A model generated the notes under the pieces. It saw nothing but the letters and a program-made list of their open reading frames with translations. It ran no database searches and was not told the origin of the DNA. The position numbers and the translations under genes are program-made. DNA of 64,000 nucleotides from Chiloscyllium plagiosum. Taxonomy: Eukaryota. Below are positions 37,832-50,560 of this stretch, piece by piece. Each line of letters opens with the position of its first letter. The first letter of the stretch is position 1. Location: contig NC_057715.1 of assembly GCF_004010195.1 (NCBI RefSeq), forward strand, positions 93,452,258-93,516,257, given 5' to 3'.

Positions 37832-38140
37832 CAGATTCCCTACAGTATGGAAACAGGCCCTTCGACCCAACAAGAGTAACCCAAAGAGTAACCCACCCAG
37901 ACCCATTCCCCTACATTTACCCCTGATTAATGCATCTAACACTATGGGCAATTTAGCATGGCCAATTCACCTAACCTGCACATCTTTGGATTGTGGGAGG
38001 AAACCGGAGCACCCGGAGGAAACCCACACAGACACAGGGAGAATGTGCAAACTCCACACAGACAGTCGCCTGAGGTTGGAATTGAATCGAGGTTCCTGGT
38101 GCTGTGAGGCAACAGTGCTAACTACTGAGCCACCATGCCA
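37832..38140 (-). mobile_element. HE1 SINE nested in CR1 ORF1
   Basis: Head, V-domain and tail present. Confidence 0.9.
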
Positions 38141-38929
38141 CCTCTGGGAAGGATTGGAACTGAGGTCCTGTTGGGGGGTGAGATGGGGGGGGGGGGGGGT
38201 TTGTATTTACTGATGGGGTTGGAAAAGGTTAAAACTAAGACAGAATGGGGATGGGAACCTTTACAGGGAGACAGGAGAGAGGGCAGAAACAAAAGATAGA
38301 ATTGGAAATAAGAAAAAGGGATAGATAGAGAATTCAAGGCCAAGAATCAAGCCTGACCTCAGTGCAAAATAATGCTAAGAATGTTAAAAAGATAAGCCTT
38401 GAGGTCTTATGTCTTAATGTGTGAAACATTGCAATGCTGTGGATTAATTAGTCACAAAAATATACACAAATGGGTCTGATATGCTTAGGACTATGGAGAT
38501 GTGACTGCAATGTGACCGTGGGTGGGAATTGAACATCTCGGGGTATTCGGTTTTTAGGAAGGAAGCAATTTAAACTTCAGCAGAAGAGGACAAAATGATT
38601 AATTGAGAGAGTGGGGGAATAAAATATGAGAGGAAGCTGGCTGGGAACATACAAATTGACTGTAAAAGATTCTGTGGTTATGTTAACAGAAAAAGATTAA
38701 TAAAGACAAATGTAGGCCTCTTACAATCAGAAAAAGGGGAAGTTATAATGGGGAATAAAGAGGTGGTAGACAAATTAAATACATATTTTGGCACTATCTT
38801 TATCAACAACACAAAAAATATTACAATAATGTTGGGGAACACAGGCTAGTGAGAGGGAAGAACTGAAGGAAATAAGTATTAGTCAGGATATTGTGTAGGG
38901 AAAATGATGGGATTAAAGAGCAATAGTTC

Positions 38930-39210
38930 AAAACTAGCAGGCATGTTTTTTAAGTTGAGGGGTGAAAAGGACTTGAGGGGCAACATTTTTAAACAGAATG
39001 GTTTGTGTGTGTGAACCGCCAGAGGAAGTGGTGGATGCAGGTACAGTTACAACATTTAATAGACATTCAGATAAGTACATGAATAGAAAAGATTTGGTGG
39101 GATATGGGCCAAGTGCAGGCAGGTGGGAGTAGTTTAGTTTGAGAACATGGTCAGCATGGACTTGTTGGACTGAAGGGTCTGTTTCCATGCTGTATGACTC
39201 CATGACTCTG
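38930..39210 (+). mobile_element. HER1 3' fragment nested in the older CR1
   Basis: PEEVVDAGTVTTF... plus (CATGACT)-type tail interrupting host ORF2. Confidence 0.8.
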
Positions 39211-41288
39211 ACTAAATCCCCAAGGCCCAACAATTTACGGGAGTAGCCCTAGAAATTGTGAATGCATTGGTGATCGTCGTTCAAAATTATGGAACAGCTA
39301 TGGAACATCATTGAAGATTGAAGCATAGATAATGTAACCCCACAATATGAAGAAAAAGTTAGAGATAAAACAAGAAATTATTGACTGGTTAGCCTGACAT
39401 TGTTACTGGAGATAATGCCAGAGTCTATCACGAAAGATTTAATAACAGATTACTTTGAAAACAGTGAGAGGATCTGACAGAGTCAGCATGGATTTAGGAA
39501 ATGGAGATCTTGCTTGGGAATTCTAGGATGGAATGAGTGGAGTTGATAAATGTGAACCTGTGGATGTGATTTACTTGAACTTTCGGAAGGCTTTCGATAA
39601 GATCCCACATCAAATATTAACATATAAAATTAAAGCACACGGAATTGGGGGTGTATTGACGTGGGTAGCGAACTGGTTGGCAGACAGGAAACAAGAAATA
39701 GGAATAAATGGGAGTGGTAGGCAGTACATGATGGGGTACTGCAGGGATCACTGCTTGGACCCCAGCCAGTCACAATATATATTAAAGGTTTAGATGTGGA
39801 AATTAAAGGTAATAGCCACATGTTTGCAGAGAACGTCTATCTGGGTGAGAGGGTCGACCATGAGGAGGATGCAGAGATATTTCTGTGTGATTTGGACAAG
39901 CTAAGTGGAAAAATGCATGACAAATGCGGTATAATGTGAATAAATGTGAGGTTATCCACTTTGGTAGCAAAAACAGGAAGGCGGATTATTATTTGAATGG
40001 GGATAGATTGGAAAAGGAGGAGGTGCAACAAGACCTGGTATCTTTGTACACTAGTTGCTGAATTTAAGCGTTCAGGTGCAGCAGGTGATGGAGAAAACAA
40101 ATGGTGTGTTAGCCTTCATAGCAAGAGGATTCGAGTACAAGAGCAGGGACATCTTGCTGTAATTGTATAGGGCATTGGCTTGATCACACCTGGAGTTTTG
40201 TGTGTAGTTTTGGTCTCCTGAGGAAGGGTGTTCTTGCTACAGAGGGAGTACAGCAAAGATTTACAAGAGTGACTCCTGGGATGGCAAAACTGACACATGA
40301 ACAGAGACTGGATTGGTTAAAATTATGTTCACTGGAGTGGGGATCTCATAGAAAAGTATAAAATTCTAATAGGACCAGACAGGGTAAATGCAGGAGGAAT
40401 GCTTCCGATGAGCACAAAGTCAACAACCAGGGGTCACAGTTTAAGGATACAGAGGAGGTCATTCAGAATTGAGATGAGGAGAAATGTCTTCACCCAGAGA
40501 ATGGCTGGTAGAATTCTCTGCCTCAGAAAGCAGTTGAGGCCAAAATATGGAACGTTTTCAAGGAGGAGTTAGATATTGTTCTTAGGGCTAAAGGGATCAA
40601 AGGGTATGGGGCAAAAGCAGTAACATGATACTAAGTCAGATGATCAGTGATGATCATAATGAAGGGCAGAACAGGCTTGAAGGGCCAAATGGCCCATTCC
40701 TCCTCCTATTTTCTATGTTTATGTTTCTATCCGTCCTGGATTGCCAAAAGTAAAGTGCTATCTGGGTGCCTTTTAAATAGGGTGCTTTCATGTTGGAGCG
40801 AAGAAGGGGGTCAGAATATCCTACCCAGAAAATTTGGCATTTGACACCTACACGAACATGTAATAAACTGAGAAGAATGTAATTGCACAAATAAACCCAA
40901 ACAGTCTCTGAGTGGAAGTCCCTTCCATTTTTACGTCACATGTAGTCACAAAAACAAATAATACTGCCCCTGTACGAGGAAAACAGAGGATCTACGGCCA
41001 ATGACAGAATGTAAAAAAGAAAACTAAAGCCAGTACACCAAAAGATTTAGAATTTAAAGTTATAGTTGGAGTTCAATTATTAAAATGTATCTTACAATAT
41101 TGGTGTGTTATAGAGTATTTGACTATCCCTCAGAAAATATTGCACGTGTATGCAATATGTCCCCATAAAGATGATATTGAACTTGTTATCCAGCTTATAT
41201 TTGTTTTATTATTAATTTCTAGGTGTGTGATTCAGAAAACGAAACCCTGACAAAGCATGTCTTTTGTGTAAAGTAAAAGCAAAACCGT

Positions 41289-41592
41289 GGGCGGCACAGT
41301 GGTTAGCACTGCTGCCTCACAGCGCCAGAGACCCGGGTTCAATTCCCGCCTCAGGCGACTGACTGTGTGGAGTTTGCACATTCTCCCCGTGTCTGCGTGG
41401 GTTTCCTCCGGGTGCTCCGGTTTCCTCCCACATTCCAAAGATGTGCAGGTCAAGTGAATTGGCCATGCTAAATTGCCCGTAGTGTTAGTTAAGGGGCAAA
41501 TGTAGGGATATGGGTGGGTTGCGCTTCGGCGGGTCGGTGTGGACTTGTTGGGCCGAAGGGCCTGTTTCCACACTGTAATGTAATCTAATCTA
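41289..41592 (+). mobile_element. HE1 SINE, near full length
   Basis: GGGCGGCACAGTGGTTAGCACTGCTGCCTCACAGCGCCAG...GGTTCAATTCC, V-domain, (TAATC)n tail; CpGs intact, so probably young. Confidence 0.93.
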
Positions 41593-42305
41593 AAAAAAAC
41601 ACTGCGCATGCTGGAAATCCGAAACAAATGGAAAATGCTGGAAAAACTCAGCAGGTCTGGCAGCATCTGTGGAGATCTCATGACCTTTATGTGTAAGATC
41701 AATAGAAATTACAGCTTTAAAAGTAATACACTTATTTGTGAGGTTTGCAACTGAGAATTTATTATTAAATGAAGGTCACCACATAGAATCACAATTGCAT
41801 ATTTAAAATCTTTACACATAGACCTCTGATGTGCAATTTGCACATAAATTCAACTAATACCCTGTGCTTTTGAAATTGTAGAATACCACTGCGCTTAGCT
41901 GGGTCATTAATATCAGTAGAACACATAGCTAAGTACAGGTTAACAGTTCACCCTTCAACTGGTTTCAGTAAAGTTGCTTTGAAATTCTGCACAAACTTTT
42001 CATGGATTGTCTCTGCACTCAATGTGGAAATAAATCTATTAACCAAATGCATTTTCCCCTAAAATCTAGCTCCCTTTCTGTATCAAAAAATGGAGATAGA
42101 TAATGCCCCTTTAGAATTCAAAGTTGGGAAATCTAAAGTCAACATGTGGGTCAGATAGTGGTTCTCATTTTCAAATGGAAATTTTCCTTATAAAATCTAT
42201 TTTTTCACCATTAACAAATTAAAGTCACTTTTACGAGACAGGTTTAGATTAAGACACAAACAATTTTTTTTGCATAGATCTAAAAAGTTTCTTTTTTCAA
42301 GTTTC

Positions 42306-43834
42306 TCAGATCACCAGCTTTTCATTACTTAAAGTACTGGTGTCTTCTTCATCTTCGTTTATGTGTGAACTAAAATGCGCTGGCAAATCAATTATCTGCT
42401 GCTCTGAAGTAGTTAACTCAAAACCAGAATTGTCATAGAGAAGAAAATTGGGATCAGAAGGAAAACTCTGACACCGATCATGTCTGTACTGATGACGAGG
42501 TAATGGATTGCTCCGTGGAGACCTCCGATTGGAACAGTTCTCAGAGTTGGGATCACTAACTTTAGGAGTTAATTTATATCGGTTTGTTGACATGCTCGAT
42601 CTTCTCTTGCCTCTACAGGTTTCTGAGTTAGTAAGAATACTACTTGTTGTTTGCTGTTCATTTGCCATCTCAGTTTTACAAGTCTGAGCTCCAGGCTGAC
42701 TACTTTTCTTGTGATATTTCGACGGCTCCATTGCAAATGCACTGCAAGTCCGGCCATGATGTTTTGCTGAGCTAGCACTATTAAATCTGGACTGAGCTAC
42801 TACTTTGTCACCAGCGGATTTGTCAGTCCCAGCTGCCGTCCTGCAAATAGCTCTGGAGTGAGAGTGGGATGGAAGTTTCTGTGTACAAGTGGACAGACTT
42901 CTTTCTCTGTAGGACTTTGCAGTTTTGCATTCATTGAAACTGGATGTCCTCCTAAAATTAGGATTTCTGCCACTCCCTCTTTCACACATTTCTATCTCAG
43001 TTTCACAACGCCTGAACTTTCTTGGCCTACCTGGAAGGGTTTTATTACTGGCTTCACAATTAGGTCCCGTGCAATTTAATTGTGGCATTTGGTATGGCAG
43101 GAAGTAGTCAACAAACGGTTCTGGAGAAGGTGCAATTGTATAATCCATCCTATGGTTTGCTTTTTCCATTTGTTGGTTGTAATAAATTGACTTCTGATCT
43201 GTAAATGGAGATTGAATGCGAAATCTGTTTGCGCTACTTTCAACATCGCTTTCTTTGTCCATATGGGGTGCAATGACAGTGGTGACATTAGTTTGGTCTA
43301 CTTCTGTAACTGGGGCTCCTGCTTCATTAATGACCGTGTCATCTAGTGGGTGCTGTGTTACATGATACACCTGAGTTGCTTCTGTTATCCCTTTCTTTTT
43401 CATTTCTTTCAACTGTTGATGTGCCAAGCGATATCCAAATATCGGAGGGATCACTTTCTGAGCACTTTGTTGCCCTGGGTTTTCTTCAGCCTGCGAGTCC
43501 TGATTTGGAATGAAATGCTGGCTCCTCCTGTACGTTAAAGGGATATTCAGACCATCGTTGAGTTTTACCGGGGCAACATTGTCAGTTAAAAAGTCATGTT
43601 GATGGTTCAGGTCACAAAAGTTTCTTTCATTTTCAAGGTTTTTCCTGAAACTGTGTGGAGGTCCTGAGCCCTGTCTTCCTGCAGTGCTGCAGGCTTGTGT
43701 CTTACGTGATAGCTTTGTCCGTATAGTGATAGCAATGGTTGCAATGATTATCACCAGACAGAGAGAAATGCCTGTGATTGTTACTATATTGCCTGTGTTA
43801 TATGCTTCATTGTGAACTGTTCCAGCACTCTGTT
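42306..43834 (-). CDS. THSD1: THSD1 last coding exon (transmembrane helix + long cytoplasmic tail)
   Basis: NIVTITGISLCLVIIIATIAIT, IPLTYRRS, AQKVIPPIFGYRLAHQQLKEMKKKGITE, FRRTSSF, CQSFP, TSTLSNEKLVI*: motifs recognised from THSD1; CAG acceptor at 43835-43837. Confidence 0.96.
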
Positions 43835-45239
43835 CTGTATAATGAAAAAGATTTAATATTTAAGTAAACAAACAAACTTTAGGAAATTTGAAATAAGAGT
43901 AGCCTACTCAAGACTTCCTTCCCTCCCAACAAGCCTGTTCTGCTGTTGAGTTAGATCATGGCTGACCCTAACTCCATCCAGTTACCTTGATTCCAGAACC
44001 ATGAATTACCCTTATCAAATAAAATATCTTCAATTTCTATGAATTCTATGTTTTGAAATTTTTCAGGGTAGGGAATCCCAGATTTCCTCCAGCCTTTGTG
44101 TGAAAGAGTGTGTCGTGACATCACCATTTTATGGCCTGGTTATAACCTTGTCTTGGACTCTCCCACCAAAGGAGACAGTTTCTCTCTCTCAATTCCATTA
44201 GGAACGACTCTGATAGATCACCCTTCATCTACAATATTCAGGGAAACATGAACCTAGTTAATGAGTCTCTATAGGATTTAGTGTAACTATTTCAGTTATA
44301 GTCACTATAAGGTAATTAGAATCAAAATAGTTTCAGGTATTGAAGCTAAATGTGTTACCAAATGAGCTGACCATGTGAAATTAAAATCAATAAAATTGTT
44401 TAACATGATTCTAAATTTGGTCCCCTTACCCTCCACCCCTGTTTTGTGTCTCCACAAACATTTTGCCCACTTTGAGATTTCATAGAATTATAATGCTGAT
44501 CATCAACTTGTTGCAATACCTCATAAATAGTCTTTCCATGGATTTAAATTCTGGGGTGGGTCTTTAAGTTGGAGCTTTGGGCTTGGAGCATTATGACCTT
44601 CTGAGCCACAAACCTCCCTCTATCACATTAAAATAAAGAAAACTATGTTCAGAGTGCAGAGAATTGGATTCCAATACTGGAATGGCACCAGTGGACACTT
44701 ACTTGGTTTCCTATTTCTTCTTTTCACATGTCTTACTACCTAAACAAGCATCCACTCCCACAACCATCCATGATCAGTGACACACAGTGTATGGTATCTA
44801 CAAGATGCATTACAGAAATTCATCAAAGATCCTCACATAGCACCTTCCAAGCTCATAACCACTTCCATCTAGAAGGATAAGGGCAGCAGATACAGAGGAA
44901 CACCATGAAGGCACATTGAAGCCCCCTCCGATCCACTCACCATCTTGACTTACAAATATGTCCCCAGTCCATAACTGTCACTAGATCAAAATCATGGAAT
45001 TCCCTTCCTCAGGACAATTTGGGTCAACCTACAGCACATGAACTGCGGTGGTTCAAGAAGGTAGCTCACCATCACCTTCTCAGGGGCAACTAGGGATGGG
45101 CAATAAATGCTGCCCAGACAGCAACACGCATCCAAATTAATAAAATTAAAACACTGACCTAAGTTAAGCTTTCTACATCTCTGGATTTACATATTGCATG
45201 TTTCGGCGATGCAAGTGATGTCAAAAGCTGCACTGAATC

Positions 45240-45500
45240 CTTACAGTGTGGAAGCAGGCCATTCGGCCCATCGAGTTCACAACAACCATCTGAAGAGAAT
45301 CCCATCCAAATTCTGTATTCCTGCATTTCTCACAGCTAATCCACCCAGCCTGCACATCTTTGGACAGTGGGAGGAAACTGGACCAAACCCATGCAGACAT
45401 GGGAACAATGTGCAAACTCCACACAAACAGTCACCCGAGGTTGGAATCAAACCCAGGTCCCTGGTGCTGTGAGGCAGCAGTGCTGATGAGTGAGCCACTT
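45240..45500 (-). mobile_element. HE1-type SINE (diverged)
   Basis: Head and V-domain recognisable. Confidence 0.8.
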
Positions 45501-47142
45501 GCCACCCCTACCCAAGCATCCACACTTACTGGGATTGTCCTTAGAACAGTGAAGGCTAGGAGGAAATTTAATCAAAGTGTTCAAGCCTGTGAAGGATTCA
45601 ATAAGGTAGATGGGAAGAAACTGTTTTCCTTGGCAGGTTGACCAGTAGACAGCATACATAGGTTTAAATTATTAGACAAAGAACCTCAGGGAGATGAGTT
45701 TTTTTTAAATGCAGTGTTTTTTTTCCACTTATTCATGGAATGAGGGTATCACTGGCTAGGCCAGTCCTTTATTGTCCATTCCTCAATCTCCCCTTGATCT
45801 GAATGATTTGATAGGGCCATTTTAGAGGGCAATTAAAAGTCAACCACATTGTGGGAGGGGTATGGAGTCACATGTGGCTAAGGTGAGGATGTCAGATCTC
45901 CTAATTGTTGAACAGTTACAATTTGGAGTGTGCTGGCTGAAAGACTAATAAAAGCAAATTTATTATTCGCTTTCAAAAATCAATTTTATACATGCTTGAA
46001 AGATCATATTGTCATAGAGAAACAGCAGAGGAATGGAACTAATTGGATAGCTTGTTTAAAGAGTTGTGACAAAGGATAGGCTGAATGCTTTGTGGTTCTA
46101 TACTTTTACTTGTCATATGGTTTATTTCTTTTTGTTAATTATTGGTTCTTTTTCTCTTTCGATTTTCTCTCTGAACATGGTAACTTAATACTGGTAGACA
46201 GTGAGTCTCCTAGTACCTTACCCAGTAGGGACAATGTTTTCCTACATAATACACTGCACTTAAAAGTACACAACTATGTGTGAAGTACAGTACATTCAGA
46301 CTTTTAAGTGATACATTTGAGAATTATATAAGCAGGTATATTACTTTCTATTCAGAAAAGCTTTTCATCTTTAACGTGAATTTTGAAATCACTGAATTCA
46401 CTGAAATTAATTTATAATAATCATTCTTTCCATGCTCAAATAGTTCTAGATGCAATGTAGGGCGAATATTGTCACTTGTTTTAAAACATTGCCAGTGTAC
46501 TTTTATATTCAATCATTGGATTTGAAAACAATTGCCTGCAATACTATTTATTTTCATGTAGGTGTAAATTACTGGAGATGCTGGAATCTGTACTGAAAAC
46601 AAAAAATGCTGGAGGTCATAGCAGGTCAGGCAGCATCTGTGGAGAGACAACAAGTTAACGTTTTGAGTCTAGATGACTCTTCATGCTCTCTCTCTCCATG
46701 GATGCTGCCTGACCCACTGCAATTTCCAGCATTTTTTGTTTTCAGTAATCTCATGTCCTCATTTCTCTTTTATTTTTTAAATATCATTTTGCTCAATTGC
46801 TCTTATCTTGGCTTCTTGTAAAACATAATGCAGCTGTGTTAATATCATCATTCTTCATGACTCTAACCTGTCACTATTGGGTTCCCTATTGCATTAACAT
46901 TGAGCAAAGCCCTGCTCTTCTGTCACATCTACCATCAGATAAATACAATGTATGTATGCAACAAGAACAGGAAGTGATGAGAACATAAATTGCTGGAAAA
47001 TCTCAATACGTCTGGTAGCTTCTGTGAAGGGAAATCAAAGTTAATATTTTGGGTCCAGTGATAGTTAATGAAGATTAGTGTCTGACAACCTTGCATGTTT
47101 TCTTTGAAAACTGGAAAATTTACATTTGATGTATTTACTTAC

Positions 47143-47301
47143 CAGCACAATCCACAAGTGAACAATAGGAGACTTCTTTCTTCTCCCCATTACAAGCAGC
47201 CGTCCCCAAGAAGGACGCAACACATTGTCGGTATCTCTCACGTACTCCGTCACCACACGTGACACTACATGGACTCCAAGACAGCCAAACACTCCCTCTT
47301 T
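47143..47301 (-). CDS. THSD1: THSD1 thrombospondin type-1 repeat exon
   Basis: ERGSVWLSWSPCSVTCGDGVRERYRQCVASFLGTAACNGEKKEVSYCSLVDCA; 159 nt, phase 1-1, TAG acceptor, GTAAGT donor; missed by the ORF track. Confidence 0.96.
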
Positions 47302-47596
47302 CTATAAACATGAAAAAAATGATTACTACCGGAAAAATTATGTCTTGTGGTTACTTTATGTTTAATTCCATTCATAGGATTTACAACAACCTTTCATGTA
47401 GCCTCTCCTCTTCCCCCAAAAGCTCAATGGGTAAATGCACCTTTTGCAGAAGGTAATCGTTCAATCTCTGATCACTGGTTTGTTCTGAGTTAATTGATAT
47501 CAAGCAAAGTAAAAAATGGCAGCAAATTTCAGACTTGGGTTAAGGAGATGGAAAATAAGCCAGAGTGCTTATTTCTAATGCAGTGACTGCTGCTTA

Positions 47597-47880
47597 TGGG
47601 CGGCATGGTAGCTCAGTGGTTAGCACTGCTGTCTTACAGTGCCAGGTTCGATTCCTGCCTCAGGCAACTGTGTGGAGTTTGCACATTCCCCCTGTGTCTG
47701 CGTGGGTTTCCTCACAGTGCTCCGGTTTTCTCCCAGAATCCAAAGATGTGCAGGTCAGTTGAATTGGCCGTGCTAAATTGCCCATAGTGCTAGATGCATT
47801 AGTCAGGGATAAATATAGGGTAGGGGAATGGGTCTAGGTGGGTTACTCTTTGGAGGGTCGGACTGGACTTGTTGGGCTAA
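47597..47880 (+). mobile_element. HE1 SINE
   Basis: Head, V-domain, partial tail. Confidence 0.88.
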
Positions 47881-48249
47881 CTCACATCCTGTCTCCCCAA
47901 CCCCTGTTCACTAACTATTAGGCACAAGTCAGAAATATAGCAGGAGACTTTCCATTTGCCTGGATGAGTGTAGCTCCAACAGCACTCAAGAAGTTGACAC
48001 CATCCAGGACAAAAGTGCCTGCTTAATTGGCACCACATCCAGCACCTTCAACATTCACTCCATTCATCACCAATATGTAATAATGACAGAATTTCAACTA
48101 CAAGATGTACTGCAGTAACTTACCAAGACTTCTCAGACAGCACTTTCCAAATCTATGAAATTTAACATTGAGAAGAATGAGGGCATCAGTTCATGGCAAT
48201 ACCAGCATCTGCAAGCTCCCCTTCAAGCTACACACTTGGAATTATAAAT

Positions 48250-49296
48250 AGTCATAGTCATAGAGATGTACAGCACAGAAACAGACCTTCAGTCCAACTC
48301 GTCCATGCTGACCAGATATCCTAGATTAATCTAGTCCCATTTGCCAGCACTTGACCCACATCCCTCTAAACCCTTCTTAATCATGTACCCATCCAGATGC
48401 CTTTTAAATGGCAGCTCATTCCATATACGCATTACCCTTTGCGTGAAAAAGATACCCCTTAGGTCCCTTTTAAATCTTTCCCCTCTCGCCCAAAACCTAT
48501 GCCCTCTAGTTCTGAACTCCCCCAAAGCAGGGAATAGACCTTGTCTATTTACATATCCTTGTCCCTCATGATTTTATAAACCTCTATAAGGTCACCCCTC
48601 AGCCTCCGACACTGTAGCAAACAGCACCAGCCAATTCAGCCTCTCCCTAAAGCTCAAGACTCTCCCTATAACTTAAACCCTCCAACCCTGGCAACACCCT
48701 TGTTAAACTTTTCTGAGCCCTTTCAAGTTTCACAACATCCTTCCTATAGCAGGAATTGCACACAATATTCTAAAAGGGGCCTAACAAATGTCCTGTACAG
48801 CCACAAGATAACCTCCCAACTCCTATACTCAATGCTCTGACCAATAAAGAAAAGCATACCAAACACCTTCTTCACTACCCTATCTGTCTGAGGCTTCACT
48901 TTCAAGGAACTATTATCCTGCGCTCCAAGGTCTCTTTGTTCAGCAACATTCCCCATTAATTGTCCCGCCCTGATATGCCTTTCCAAAATGCACCACCTCA
49001 CATTTATCTAAATTAAACTCCATCCCACCACTCCTCAGCCTATTGGCCCATCTGATCAAGATCCCGTTGTACTCTGAGGTAACCTTCTTCGCTGTCCACC
49101 AATTTTGGTGTCATCTGCAAACTTACTAACTATACCTCCTATGTTCACACCCAAATCATTTATGTAAATGGCAAAAATCAGGGGATCCAGCATCAATCCT
49201 TGTGGCACATCACTCAGGGAGAACTAACTATTTGGATACAGAACTGACTCGAAGGTAGAAGACTGAGAGTGGTGGTGGAGGGTTGCTTTTCAAACT
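48250..49296 (-). mobile_element. HER1/CR1 LINE with an inverted 5' segment (49215-49296 on +)
   Basis: Minus part runs from the 3' tail to the VPQG motif; the + piece QGELTIWIQN...RVVVEGCFS is the segment immediately upstream in the 6908-8481 copy. Confidence 0.85.
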
Positions 49297-49339
49297 TAAG
49301 TGATATCTTGGAACTATTCTCACTTCAATGGTTGAGAAG

Positions 49340-50560
49340 CTTCTAGAAAAAAATTATTTAGATACAACTAGTATTCACATGAAAACAGGGTTGGACAGAA
49401 AGAATCAACATCACTCTCAAGGGGAAATCATGCTTAACTAACTTGCTGGAGCTTTTTGAAGAGAAAACATCATGCTGAATGATTGTAGTGCTGATGATAT
49501 GGCGTACAGGGATTTTCAGAAAGCTTTCAATACAGTGCCACACAACAAACCTGTTAGAAAATCTATTACTTTTGGAATAAAAGGGACATTAGCAACATGG
49601 GTACAAAACTGGCTGATTAATAGGAAACAGAAAGTAATGGTCAATTAACATTTTTTGGATTGGAGGAAGGCTTGTAGTGGAGTTTCCCATAGGTCAATAT
49701 TGCAACATTTGCTTTTCCTGATGATATAGGTCTTGGTGTGCAGTGGACAAGTTCAAAGCTGCAGATCAAAAGACTTGAACACAACCTGTAAACATTGTAA
49801 ACTGTGAGGAAGATAGAGTGGAACTTCCAAAGAACATAGATCAGTTAGTAGAGTGGGCAAATAGGTGGCAGATGAAGTTCAAGGTAAAGAAGCATGAGGT
49901 GATACATTTTAGTCGGACAATTATTGTCAGATAACATAAAATAAGGAGTATAATTATAAAGGGGGCATTGGAACAGATTCAGGGTCAATATTTGCACACA
50001 TTATAAAAGTGACAAGTCAGATGAAGAGGTGAATTAATAAAGCGTACAGTATCTGGGACTTAGTGTACAAGAGCAAGTCGTTTATGCTGAAATCGTGTAA
50101 GATACTTGTTAATGACCTCAGCTGGAGTATTGTATACAGTTCTAGGTGCCATGATACAGGAAGGATCTGACCACATTGGACAGATTGCAGAAGAGATTTA
50201 CAAGTAGGCTTCTAGGGAAAAGAAGCTTCAGTTTTGAGGATAGATTGGAAAGGTTGGGACTGAGGGAGGCTAAGAGGAGATTTGATAGAAGTTTTCACAA
50301 TCATGAGAGGGTTAGATAGAGAGAAACTGTTCCATCTGTAAAAGAAAATATGATGTGAGCAAAAATACCTTTCATTCAACAAGTGATTTGGGGCTGCAAT
50401 TTATTGTGTGGTGGAGGCAGGTTCAGGAGGGCATTGGATGATTATGCAAAGATAAATAATGTTCAGGGACATGAGAAAAAGGCAAGAGAACAGCACTAAA
50501 TCATGACATTCACTTGGAGAGCTGGTACAATAGGATGGCCAATGACCCTTTTTTGTACAC
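49340..50560 (+). mobile_element. Old CR1 LINE RT fragment
   Basis: GKSCLTNLLELFEE, DFQKAF, WANRWQMKF, PQLEYCIQF motifs with stops. Confidence 0.8.

Larger units (their letters stand above)
37140..40725 (+). mobile_element. Near-full-length degenerate CR1 LINE with internal deletions (ORF1 zinc finger/esterase, ORF2 endonuclease start and RT)
   Basis: ACSSC...HICRK near 37380-37450; IIGTN...GMLP...MNTWLERWC (SGNH-esterase-like); VDVIYLNFRKAFDKIPH at ~39560; CR1 3' UTR ending TTCTATGT. Confidence 0.8.

Noticed and set aside
41289-41350. tRNA gene
   Set aside because: The A/B-box head continues into V-domain and LINE tail; it is a SINE, as are all similar heads here
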